Part shown: piece after piece, positions 1 to 11,881 of the stretch
Layout of the letters: each line of letters opens with the position of its first letter
How positions within the stretch are numbered: position 1 is the first letter of the stretch
Assembly (NCBI GenBank): GCA_905178155.1
Contig: CAJINV010000010.1
Location: 2,402,616 to 2,466,615, forward strand
Length of the DNA: 64,000 bases
DNA from: Amoebophrya sp. A120
Lineage: Eukaryota; Protista; Dinoflagellata
Reading direction: 5' to 3'
Translations under genes and position numbers: made by a program
The notes under the pieces: model-generated
Database searches by the model: none
Told to the model about the DNA's origin: nothing
The model's input: the letters and a program-made list of their open reading frames with translations, nothing else

Positions 1-62
1 CAGCCTCCCTTGCGTCCTCTGCAATAGAGTCAGTCTCTGCGTCGCATTTTATGCATGACAAA

Positions 63-3000
63 CTATTTCAACTTTGACAATTTCAATCCTGACACTCCCA
101 TATGGTCCACCGGCTCCGTAGAGCGTTTGCTGCTGTCCCAAAGAAGATATCGGCTGCGTCTTATCCTGAGTAAAAACGTCTCGTCCACAGCAGAGTCAAG
201 ATGGGAAAGCTGCTAGACAAATTAGCCGGCTTTGGTTGCTTCGCATGACAAGTTTGTCCTCGTAGTGAAATCCTCTTTTAGGTAGTTCAGAAGCATCACA
301 GATCTAGCATATGATGCTGGTTATAGCATCACAAAACCCAAAACACGACTAGATGAAAATGCTTCTCATGTTGGGGATCCGCATGAGAAACTTTTTTGGC
401 ATGCAGATTTGCATGACAACTAACTCTGGGGAGGTGGGGACGATTTTACACAGGATACGTCTGTCCTAGACCCTTCTTGGTCGCGTGGATTTTCTTGTAC
501 TGGCCCCTGGAATATCAAATGCAAAGATGTCTAGGTCTGGAAACTTGTGCTGCAAGAAAGGGAATAGTGGACTCACTATAATGCGCTGCCAAGCATGACA
601 AGTTTTTTCCATGGCTCTGAGTTGCGTACTCCGCATGAGAAACTGCATTTTTGCATGACAGGGACGAGGAGCTCTTCGCGGCCATGCAACACAGAGCTCA
701 GAGTCAAGCCAGACACGCATGACAAATCTCGCAATCTCTGAGACCCAGACATTTTTGCAGTTGATATGGAACTCTTCGGCGACGCAGACGACGCGCATCG
801 CAAGAAAAAAGCGTTACAGTTACACATTGTCTTGCAGGCCAAGCAAGACAGACAAGCTCTGTCATGCCGGATATGCATAAGAGCCTCGTTTCATAGGTGT
901 TTTCCCCTAGGATTTCTGCATTACAGGTTTTCTCTCTCATGCAGGGACATTTGTGTTGCTGAATTGCCTACAAATGTGTAACTGTAACACTTTTTTCGTG
1001 GGATAACGCGCGGTCGCGATCCAGTGTGCGGGAAAGCGGGAGGGGCGCGAGCGCTGGAGGGGAGGTTGTTTTGAGTTTGAGTAAGTAGTTCCGGTGATCG
1101 ATAATCACTGCAAAGTATTGCAGCAAAGAAATAAGGGGAACAACAAACGACATATTTTTTTACGTACGAAAGGCTGTTTTTATTTGCGTATTTATCAGAT
1201 AAAAATCGCATCACAAAAACAAAACGTACACGGCGGCAGGGTTGCGGAGAGGTTCTGCGTACTGCCCAACCCGTCTCCGCTGATTGTCTGCCCGAGCGCC
1301 TGTCCTTCCACTAGTCGCAGAATCTGCTCGGACAAGAGTCTTCCGGAACTCGACTGGCTTTTTACATCCACGCATTCTGAGTAAAAACGTCCCCACCCCA
1401 GAGTTGTCATGCAAATCTGCATGCCAAAAAAGTTCCTCATGCGGAGCTCCATGAGAGCCGCCTTCTAGTCGTTTTTTTGCATTTGTGATGCTAGAATCAG
1501 CATGATATGCTAGATCTGTGATGCTTCGGAAGTAGCTGAACAGGATTACACTACAGAGACAAGCTTGTCATGCGAAACAACCAAACCTGGTCGGGTTGTC
1601 TAGCAGATTTCCCATCTTTACTCTGGTCGTGTAGGGACATTTCTACTCAGGATACCGCGGTGGTGTCCTTCATAATCCCCATCTCCCGGCATCACATGCA
1701 AAAATGTCTGGGTCTGGAAGAATGCAACTTGTGATGCTGCATTTGGATGTCTAAAAAATTTGTGTTGCATGAGCAGCAAAAGGATTCTAATTTTGGCTAC
1801 GCGAAGAGGGCATTTGTCATGCGGAACGGGCATCAAGAATCCCTCAAAAAACCTGTGACGCTAGGGCATGCATCACAGACGTCATGGCTCACGCAAACCG
1901 TGCATGACAAGTCTCAGAATCTTCCAGACCCAGACATTTTTGCATTTGATACCCGGACTAGGGTCGCGATCAGCTCCTTCAGCCCCCGCAGCACCTCGTT
2001 TTTTGCGTGGTCTGCCGCTTTCATCTCCTGCAGCATCCGTGCCATCTCTGCCATGCGCGAATTTGCCTCCGCCGGCATGAGCTGGGAAGAAGATGACCCA
2101 TTCATCCCGTTATTTGTCGTGGTCAAGGTGACAGAAGATTGGTAGTTCTGCGTCGCTGTGATTGTCGTGCTTGAGGGGATTTGTGAGGAAGAAGATGCCG
2201 CTTGTATCGCGGGGGTCGCAGACTGGAGGGCACTGGAGCCGGAGGATTGGGGAGCTCCTGCGGAGGCTGTAGTAGTTTTAGTGATCATGTTGAAGAGTGG
2301 AAGTTGATTATGATTTGCACTTGCAGAATTCAAAATGCACGACCCTCAGGTGGAGCATGACAATGGATAAAAAGACACACAAAAGAATACGCGCAGCCGC
2401 TGCAGTCGTTTTTACGGTCGTCGAGACTTCGTGACTCCACAAAGTTTGTATCAAATGCAAATATGTCTGGGTCTGGAAGGATGCAAGGTTTGCCATGCAC
2501 ATTTTGCATGGCTCCTGATGTCTGTGATGCATGCCCTAGCATCAGAGATTTTCCGAGGGCTTCCTGATGCCTATACTGCATGAGAAATACCCTGTCGCTG
2601 TGGCAAAAACTGGACCTTTTTTCCTGTTCATGCAATACAGATTTATTCGTAGAATCCAGATCCAGCATCACAAGTTGCATCCTTCCAGACTCAGACACAT
2701 TTGCATTGCATAGTTTGCACCTGGTCCCGATTCAGCCTCCCGTACCCCTTCCTCATCTCTTCTATTCTCGCTTATCGTATTTAAAAAAGTCCCCACCCCA
2801 GAGTTGTAATGCAAATGTGCATGCTCAGAATGTTTCTCATGCCGAGCCCCATGAGAAGCATGGTCTAGTCCTGTTTTGGGATTTGCCATGCTCCAATCAG
2901 CGTGATATACTAGATCTGTGATGCTGCTGAGCTAGCTCCAACAGCACTACACTACGAGTCCAAATTTGTCATGCAAAACAGCCACAACTTGTGGATTTGT

Positions 3001-6000
3001 CTAGCCGATTTCCCATCTTGACTATGGGGTGGGGACGTTTTTACATCGGATATCGCTTCGAAGGACTTTATCGTGAAAAACCCGAGGATTTGTTCCTCCG
3101 GGCTCGTCGAAGTGATCTTCCTCCTCAGCTTGACCACAATGGACGGCGGTGTGGAGGCCAGAATCTCCGGGCGAAACTCCAAATCGCCCTTCCCTACATC
3201 GATCAAGTGCTGCGTTCCCTCCGTACAGCTGTGCGCCACCTCCTTGTAACTCTTCTCAAATTCCTCTCTCGCCTTTGCATCACTGATGCCGCTGCTCACC
3301 GGCTGGACCTCTGGCGGCAAGGGGAGGAGGGCAAGGAGGGACTTCTTCGGGTCCTCATACGTGAATTGCTGTGGCGGCTGGTTTACGCCGCCAATCTTGA
3401 AGCTGTAGTAACTCCCCTGGGCGCCAAGGACCTAGAGGGGAGAATTGGTTTCGCACTTGCCTTCCGCTTAAGCACTCATGCAGACGTTCACGTCAAAATG
3501 TCCATTCCTTTGCATGTACGTCTTGTGCGCATGATAAAAAACGACATAGATACTATTACTATCGTCCAAATCCTGCGTAAAAAAGTAAAACCCAGCGAGG
3601 AATAAACACCCAAAAATATTCCATTGAGATTACCAGCAAGCTCCCCTTCGCAACAGTCACTTTTACGCCCGGTGGCCCTTGCATCCTCCCGTCTAGCCAC
3701 ACCCCGTTTGCGGATATTTCCAAAAATATTGCATCCCCATAAGCCTGCAGATAGCACAGCTTCTTCGGGAAGCGGTATCGTGGGCAAAAACTATTTCAGT
3801 CCCACACCTTTGATGCAGACTTTACTTAGCAGTACAAAGATGAGAGGAAAGAAACAAAAATTTCTGATGCTTCACACAGCAAGGGGAATAAAGATTATCA
3901 ACGACTAAAACGACTACTTAACTTGCGTCTCCAGCATTACAAAAAAGTGTTCCGAGAGGACGTGTCCGCATCAAAAGTTGATAGTGAGACAGTTTCATCT
4001 TGTTCTCGCGAGGATAAGCAGTGTTTCAATTGCAGCACGTTCGATGCGTCCGATCCGAATGTAAATTGTTTACCGTCGGGTAGCGCGAACTTCAAAATCT
4101 GGTGCAATTGCGCGTCAGCAGACCCGGCAACTAGTGACGCCGAATTTGGTATTGCAAGGAGAAATATCCCCTCCCCATACTCGGATCGAGAATTTGTGTT
4201 GCTGTATTTGAGTACACAAGTCGACTTGTATTGCTAGAGGGGCAACAGACGCAGTTGCTCCCTCGTTTGTAGGCAATTTTTCACGCTGTTTCCCGTTTCC
4301 AGTTGCTTCCTGTCATGCTGAAAACGCAAGGCTTTCCCACGCCAGCCAGCACTACAGTCCGCATCTCTTCCTTTCTAGCCTGACAACGTGACAACTTGTG
4401 ATCACAAATCATGCTACACAAATCTGCCTTTGAGTATAATGCGGAGGGGGATTTTTCCTCTTGATATTTGGGTCCGGTTTCAGGTAGCGTTTGGTCTGCC
4501 ACGCTTCCTTTTTCAGCTGCCATTCCTTGAACAGCTTCACTTTGTCTGATAATTTCATTTTGCGAGAGCTGGAAGTTTTTTGATTTGTGCTACTGCTACG
4601 CATGACAGAAAGCATACACTCAACGTGAAGATTCTGCGTGGTAGTTGCAAACGCGGAAAAAAACAATCGTATTTACGGTCTGCCGTGCTCATCCAGAGAT
4701 CCTCTAACTCCTTCATTTGCAATGTGTACTTCAGCACTTCTCGTTTTGCGTTGTCTAAATCCTGTACACTCCGTGTTCCAAGCCGCACGGAGGATTCCAC
4801 CTGTGCCACGATCTGCTGTTTTGGCATCACTTCGGTGCGCAACTGCTGCAAGATCTTGGTGTAGCCCTGCTCCTCAAGAATTCTCTCCGCAGGGAAGGTG
4901 ACGCACATGCGGAGCTTGGAGGCGAGCCTGATAGGATTTATTTTCATCCAGTTGTACTTTTTTTTTTCTCCAACAACATGTTTCCATTTTCCGATTGTAG
5001 CAATGTTTACCAGCGACTGCAAGAATAGACCACCCAGAAGTTGTAGATGCTGCTCTTTCTCGCCTCTTAGACGAGAATTTTTCTTTTCCAGATTGAATAC
5101 TTATTTCGCGAGTTGTACAACTATACTCTAGCGTCCTCGCACTGTCCGCAGCATTGGCCGGATCTACGCAAGCGACCCAAGTTGTCCTGCAGCTTCCCGC
5201 ATGGCTCTCCATCAAGAGTTGCCCCAGATAGGAAGTTTGGAAGACGGGCTGATAATATTTTTCTTTTGAGAAAGTAGCGAAATCCGCAACAGAAAATCGC
5301 ACTGCGCTGCACATTTTCGCATGACAATTGATCGCTTTTCATTCGATAGTAAGTACCTTGCTCTCCGGTAGCAGCGGCTTGTTCCGCCCCACGCTCGCTC
5401 TCACCAGACCGTCTACGCAAGTTGAGAACAGCTCAACGGACCTGTTTAGGTACTCCACCGGCGGCTTTCCGACTAACGCGTCCCACCTCGCCGGACCTCC
5501 ACCCGGGGTAGAAGAGGAGGTACTGCTAGAAGTTGTACTGCCAAAATCCCCTTTCCCACTGCTAGACGCGAAATCCACAAACGTCACCCGACTCAGCTTC
5601 GTCGGCCTTCCGGTGCCGGGCGTGTAGGGCTGGATTGCGAGATCAATCTGCACGAAGAGAGTGTTGGTTTCGGACGACAGAGGCCGCGTGGCGGGGTCTG
5701 CAGTATTTATTTCATGTGGACGACGATCATGGTGGTTTGTTTGATGCGTTGCGATGATTCTACTCGTAGTACTTTTGTTTATATGATACTTAACAATCAC
5801 TTTGATACCTACACCTAGTACGAGTTGTGCATCACGAAGTAGACAGAAATCGTAGCCATAGGCGCTCACGCACGTGACGTACAAAATAAACCCCGTGTAT
5901 TTATTTATCAAGCAGTAGCAAGTAAAGTACCTCCCAGCGCCTGCTTCTGCTTCGCGAATGCTACCGCTTCTTGAAACCCGGCTAGATCCACAATTGGGAT

Positions 6001-9000
6001 TTTGGTCATATGAAATGCAAAAGTGTCTGGGTCTGGAAACTTGTGATGCAAGGAAGAGAATTATAGGGAGCACACTGTATTGCGCTGCCAAGCATGACAA
6101 TTTTTTTCGTGTTTCTGAAACTGGATTGCCTACATTCGCATGAGAAATTGCGTTTTTGCATGACATGCAAGAGGAGCTCTCTGCGGCCACGCAACACAGA
6201 GTCCAGAGTCATGTCAGACTAGCATGACAAACCTCGCGATCTCCCAGACCCAGACATACTTGCATTTGATAGGTCAGCCCGGAAACCAACATTCCCAGTT
6301 GCCCATGCTCCAGCAACGTGAACCCATCACCCGCAAGAACATATCCCATGTAAAAACATCTCCACACCAGAGCCAAGATGGGGATCTCGCAACACAAGTC
6401 GAGAAGTTTTTGGGGCCTAGCATGACAAGTTCGTCTCTTTATTGCAGTTGTGCAGTTTAGCAAGTACAGCCGCAACACAAATCCATCTACTCATCCTGTC
6501 AACAGCATTACAAAGTGCAAAACGGGATTGGACAAAAGGCCTTTCATGGGGATGCGCAATACAAATCTTCCTGTAGCTGCATGACAACTCTGGGGTGGGG
6601 ACGTTTTTACTCAGAATAGAACACTACCCGCACTCACCGTGGCTCCACCAGGGCCGCCTGTTAGTACAGCATCTTCGGTCACTTTCAGCAAATCCCGGAC
6701 CGAACTGTCAGATACGTCGTAACAGGAAAGATTTACCAAAATTCGGTTCCGCTTGCCCACCTCGCAGTGCTTCACTTCTTCAAAAAGCTGCTGGGCGAAC
6801 TTCTCGGATAAAGACGTGAACGTCGTTGATTTCCCGGCGTTGAAGTTCCCGTAGGTGACATATCAGCAGGAAAAATCCTCCCTCCCCATATCGAAAACGA
6901 AATTTGTGATGCTGTATAAAAAAAACAGTATTTGAGTACAACACAAATGGACTTGTATAGCCAGAAGGCAAAGAGGCGCAGTTGTTGCCTCGTTTGCAGG
7001 CAGTTTGTCATGCTGTTTTCCGCTTCTACCTGCCTTCTGTCATGCTGAAGATGCAAGGCTTTCCCACGCAGCCCAGAACTACAGTCCGCATCTTTATCTC
7101 TTCCCTTCTGGCATGACAAAGCTGATTCGTGGCCACAAATCTGCATCACGGATTTCCGGTTTGATATGGGGAGGGGGGATTTTTCTTCTTGATATAACAA
7201 TGGTTCCGTTCTGCCCCTGCAAAGCTTCCACGAGCAACTTCGGCCCAATGTCGTCGAAGATCATGTCGTCAGACTTTTGCTTGTTGTAAGAGGAAGAAGT
7301 CGCAGCTTGCAAATTTTCCGCGTCGAAAAGCCGGTCGAATTCAAACTTCTGCGCGTCTATTTGCACTTCCCGCGACGTGTTGGCCTGTGAACAAAGTGAT
7401 AAAATGCATTGCAAAAGCCCAGAGTAGAAGTCCTGCTCAAGGACCAAATTCATTGTCATGCCAAGAGCAAGAATGACTCACAACTGCCTGGAAGCTGCTC
7501 AAGATCAAAAAAGTACCTTTATTATCCCACTCCCGACCGCCCCCGCAGGACTGCTCCCGGGTCGAAATCTGACCGTCACTCTTATCGGCAACGTGTCCTG
7601 TGTAAAAACGTCCCGACACCATAGACCACGGGAAATCTGCTACACAAATCAACAAGCTTTGGTTGTTGGGCATGACAAGTTTGGCCTCGTAGTATGGTCC
7701 TGCTTGGCTACTTCAGCAGCATCACAGATCTAGCACACCGTGCTTATTGGAGCATGACAACTTCCAAAACCCGACTAGAAAGCGCTTCTCATGGGGCTCC
7801 GCATGAGAAACATTTATTTCTGCATGCAGGCTTGCATCACAACCATGGGGCGGGGACGTAGTTTTTACTCAGGATATAACGGCTTCGTCCCGTCCCCGGG
7901 CGGACTTACGGGTCCAAATTGCACGGGCGCTGCTGGCGTGCTGGCCGCGGTAACCGGCGCCGGCAGGCCCGAGTTTGGCGGCACCTGGGTCGGCGGCTGC
8001 GTCTGCAGGGCGGACTGCTGCTGCGGCGGGGCGGCGGGGGGTGCGAGAATGCTCGCGTCACGGTATTACAGGGAAAAGTGCCCCCCACTCCTGAAATTGC
8101 AAAAATTTGTGATGCGAAGTTTCCAAATGAAAAGTCTTTGCCATGCATGAAAGCAGTATGAATCTTCTTTCTGATGCAGAGTCTAGGCGTGTATCGCATC
8201 GCTTGCATGACAAGCGCCGCTCTTGCTGGGGTCTTTATTTACAATACAAATTTTTGCTATTCACGATTGGAAACCTGTGATGCTGATAGATGCAAGAGGG
8301 CGAATGTTTCATTTGGAAAGGTTTGAAATACAAATGCTCCCAAGTTCGGGGGTAGGGGCATTTTTCATTGTAATACACGGTACTCCACGTTAGACGGAAC
8401 GGGCCTGACCGCATCGTAGACCGACGGAGGCTATCCACTGCAAATATGTCTGGGTCTGGAAGGTTGAACCTGTATTGCATGTCTCGCATTCCTAAAAAAT
8501 CTGTATTGCATAAGCAGCAAATAAAGCGCCACACTTTCGTCATGCAAAAGCGCAGTTTGTAATGCGTTCTGCGCATGAGGAAGCGTTTGAAACATTTGTC
8601 ATGCTCCGCTGCACTTACAGGCACAGTCAATCATGACCATTCAGCATTACAAGTTTCCAGACCCAGACATATTTGCATTTGATAGAGGCACGATGGATCC
8701 AGCCGGAGCCGGCGCCGCAGCCGGCTGGGTTTGCGCAGTTGGAGAGGGCTGGGGTATAAAGCAAATGAGAATCTGCAATTCAATTAAGTACGGACAACTG
8801 GAGCTGCTACTGTTATCTGCTTTTGCATCCCAAACGTTTCTTACACTACTGTCCGCTGCATGACAAGGGAACTCCCTCGGAAGAAGAACGCCTCAAGTAG
8901 TACCTGCTGACTCTGCGGCACGCTCGACGGGTAGCTGGGTTGCTGACCACCCGGAGCGGGGCCTGGAAGCGGCGGTTGCTGCGTCGTCGCTCCATACGGA

Positions 9001-10092
9001 TTTGGCGGCTGCGGTGGCTGCCCCCCGTACGGATTCTGGCCCGGCGCACCAGCCCCGCCGGGCGGCTGTCCGTAGGGATTTGGTGGAGGTTGCTGCTGCT
9101 GCTGCTGCTGCCCGTACGGATTTGCAGCTGGCTGCGGCTGCTGTCCATACGGAATATTCGCTGGTGGCTGCTGTTGCCCGTATGGATTTAGCGGTTGCTG
9201 CTGCTGCCCATACGGATTTTGCGGCCCTGGAGCCCTGGCAGGGTCATACGGCGCTGGCGGCTGTTGCTGCTGCTGCGCCCCCGTGACAGGTGGTGGGGCC
9301 ACACCAGCTCCGTACGGGTTTGGTCCCTGCTGTTGCTGCGGCGCACCACTGCCTCCTCCGTATGGATTGTTCACCGGCTGTTGCTGCTGTGACGGCGTAC
9401 TACCATAGGAAACCGGTTGCGGTTGTTGTATGAATGTGCGCAACTCCCCCTCCCCCTCATTTGTCATGCAAAATGCCCAACTCAGGCTGTACCTCTTAGC
9501 ACTGTTTGCATAACAAGTTCTGGCAGCCCAAATAGCACTACAATCGGCTGCAAATTTGTCATGCAAAACCTGCATTTTCGCTGGCGCTTGTATTGCCGTT
9601 CATGCCATACGAATGAGGGGAAGGAGGAGTTGTGCACTGTCATATGCTGCTGCGAATTATTATAGGGGTTTTGCCCGTAACTGCTCGCGTAGCTCGTGGA
9701 CGGTTGTTGCTGCAGGGAGCTGGTGCTGTAGATCGACTGTTGCTGCGGTTGTCCTCTATCGCCGGAAAAAACTGTTTCACTGTAAACTGGTAATGCAAAA
9801 TGTGCATCGCAAAAGCGCTTGTCTTGCTACACATGCACAACAGGATGTTTTTAGCTGTGTTTTCCAATAGGAGCCCCCCATGATAAATTTTCTCTGTCAT
9901 CATGTAGAGCAAACCTGTGATGCAAAATAATTTGCAAAATCCCATACAGTGAAACACTTCTTTCGTACCATATCCTCCATAAGGACCGTATTGCGGACTG
10001 CTCGTCGTTCCGCCATACGGATTTTGCGCCGCCCCCGCAGCCGGGGGAATCAGCGACGCAGGCCGCGCGCCTCCACCGAGCTGATTCATCAT
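63..10092 (-). CDS. Kinesin-like motor protein (kinesin-3-like), multi-exon, with P/Q-rich N-terminal extension; about 16 introners plus some GT-AG introns
   Basis: Joining exons by removing element plus one direct repeat gives KPLPIRVTVRFRP (7520-7900), FEFDRLFD..IFDDIGPKLLVEALQGQNGTIVTYGNFNAGKS (P-loop, 7380-6830), LSRVTFVDFAS, LLMESHAGSCRTTWVAC. A pre-FHA-like LHQILKFALPDGKQFTFG lies at ~4050 and FTIKSFEARIEEMRKGY at 3080-2740. The motor part (3940-10092) is solid; linking 63-3500 to the same gene is inferred. Confidence 0.72.
162..457. mobile_element. Introner family A (TIR TATCCTGAGTAAAAACGTCCCCACC)
   Basis: Inverted ends tatcctgagtaaaaacgtc / gacgattttacacaggata; direct repeat cgtct on both sides. 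Other copies: ~1373-1654, 2773-3052, 6342-6618, 7594-7876, ~14057-14362, 24623-24901, ~34879-35162, 50437-50715, ~59104-59393. Confidence 0.9.
513..766. mobile_element. Introner family B (TIR TATCAAATGCAAAAATGTCTGGGTCTGG), the most abundant family
   Basis: TIR pair with direct repeat tggaa. About 30 copies, e.g. 1691-1951, 6009-6271 (ggtca), 8432-8684 (gaggc), 13302-13565 (agctt), 17997-18262 (gtcca), 25580-25831 (gcgtg), 55992-56245 (aacga). Confidence 0.93.
796..1005. mobile_element. Introner family C (TIR TATC.CA.GAAAAAAG.G.TACAGTTACA)
   Basis: Direct repeat acgcg. Related copies at 16903-17113 (ctccg), ~14386-14595, ~23980-24190, ~32893-33100, ~35618-35845, ~48090-48290. Confidence 0.85.
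4150..4466. mobile_element. Introner family D (TIR ...AAAAATCCCCCCTCCCCATATC)
   Basis: Direct repeat tttgg. Copies at 6861-7194 (tgaca/taaca), 13691-14004 (caaat), 18816-19126 (cgggc), ~27168-27488, ~34232-34556, ~44886-45206. Confidence 0.9.
8064..8375. mobile_element. Introner family E
   Basis: Ends tattacagggaaaagtgcccc / ggggcatttttcattgtaata; direct repeat cacgg. Confidence 0.85.
8905..9428 (-). repeat. Coding low-complexity NPYG/poly-Q repeats in the kinesin N-terminus
   Basis: Translation shows about 8 NPYG motifs separated by Q/P tracts (ORF 8841..9575). Confidence 0.8.
9429..9644. mobile_element. Introner family F
   Basis: Ends tatgaatgtgcgcaactcccc / ggagttgtgcactgtcata; repeats tgttg/tgctg. 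Second copy at ~49125-49347. Confidence 0.82.
9757..9972. mobile_element. Introner family G (TIR TATC.C..GAAAAAACTGTTTCACTGT)
   Basis: Direct repeat tcctc. Copies at ~26714-26925 and ~28404-28620. Confidence 0.82.
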
Positions 10093-10978
10093 GCTGATGC
10101 TTTATTGCGGTGCAACAGCAGTAGAACAACAAATCTAGAAGCCGGCGGGGGTTGCTTGTTCTATGTCCCAGAGGTGCACCAGCACCCTCGTCGAAGCAAA
10201 CAGGCTAAGACGAGCAGACGGGATAGTACGCAACAGCCTCCAGCAGTCCCAACATCACAGGAGCCATTTTCAACATCTGGCTCTTCAAGTCAGTCCTGAC
10301 TTCTCTGGCGCAGCCGCAAGGTACTAAAGTCCTCGCTTACGGCTGCTAGGAGGGCACTTGTGCCATCATCTTCTTCGACAGGGTCCTATATTAGAGACGA
10401 TGAATTTCAAAATTGATTAAAAGTAGAAACCATCACGTCGCGGCAGCTGCACACGTGCATCATCATGTTGTTGTGAATTTTGATTGGCAGTCGAAGAAGT
10501 CACAAAAATTCAGTCTGCAGAAAGCTTCAGAAGATCTAGTGGCACTCTCCTTCGTTCTACTTCACTGCCCACGTCGTGTGGTGGTGGACGTGGAAAATAA
10601 AAGTGCCTCGTTTGGGAGAAATGTTCCCTGCGCCTTAGTGTAATACAACGAGGACGAGAACCACAAACCGCTATACCTATTCGCACTCCACAAGATCAAC
10701 AAGACGACCGTCGCAGAAAGAAGTAATATTACTCGTCACGCAGATTTGACTTCTCTATTCTCTTCGGCAAGAAACACAACTGGAGGCTGTAGAAATTTCC
10801 CGGCGCTCCTAAAACGCATACTGTAGAAGTATACTCACTCAACAACTTGATGCTGGGGGAGGAAGCACTTCACCTCCGGCACGGCGTGTGCATGATTTCA
10901 CAAAAGTGTCGAGAAGTAGATCTAGCAATGCCCTTATCACGACGAAAATTTTCCTTCATGATCAAAAACATCCTCTTC

Positions 10979-11881
10979 TCAACAGGAACAGTTTTGTTTG
11001 CCTAAATTCCCCTCATTCGTCGGACTTGGTGCTCTTACCCCCAACGTCTGCCCCGCGGAACCACCACCGCCGGGGGTGGTGTTTGGTAGCAGTTCCGGCT
11101 CGGACAAAATCGACTCTGCGAGTTCCGCGAAGGCTTTCGAGACTTGCAAATTTGTTCTCGCGGACGTTTCCAAGTACGCCATGGCGTGCGAATTCGCGAA
11201 CTCCTCCGCTTCCTCCCTGGACACTTGCCTTTCCTCGAGTAAGTCCACTTTGTTCCCGACTAACAATAGTTTCGCTTTCTCGTGGGTGGAGTGCGCCCGG
11301 ACCTCCTGTATCCACTTTGGCAAGTTGTCGAAAGTCTCCTTTTATTAACTGTAAAAATGTCTGGGTCTGGAAGATTCTGACACTTGTTATGCACGTTTTG
11401 CATGAGCCCTGATGTCTGTGATGCATGCCCTAGCATCACAGAATTTTTAAGAGCTTCTTGATGCCTATTCCGCATGACAAATGCCCTCTCCGCGTAGCAA
11501 AAACTACATTTCTTTTGGTACTCGTGCAATACAGATTCTTCTGGAATCCACATGCAGCATCACAAGTTGCATTCTTCCAGACCCAGACACTTTTACATTT
11601 GATACCTTTTGGGTGGTGTCGAACGCGAGTATGACCCCCTGCGCACCGCGGTAGTAACTGCTCGTCATGGTCCGAAACCGCTCCTGTCCGGCGGTGTCCC
11701 ACACGGCGAGCTTAACCTGTTTTTGCTGCAGGGGCAGGGTTTTCGTGCGGAAGTCCACGCCAATGGTCGCCAGCTGCCGCTCGTTAAACATGTCGTCGCA
11801 GAAACGGAGCATCAAAGAAGATTTCCCGACGCCAGAATCGCCGACGAGAAGAATTTTGAACAAATGATCGTAGGGTTGCAT
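10979..11881 (-). CDS. RAB18: Rab18-like small GTPase, 2 exons
   Basis: [47 protein letters not shown] and C-terminal CSC prenylation motif. Intron 11339-11605 joins QK|ETFDNL. Confidence 0.88.
11343..11604. mobile_element. Family B introner in Rab18
   Basis: TIR ends with direct repeat ccttt (AAAGG on the coding strand), giving a GT...AG intron. Confidence 0.92.
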
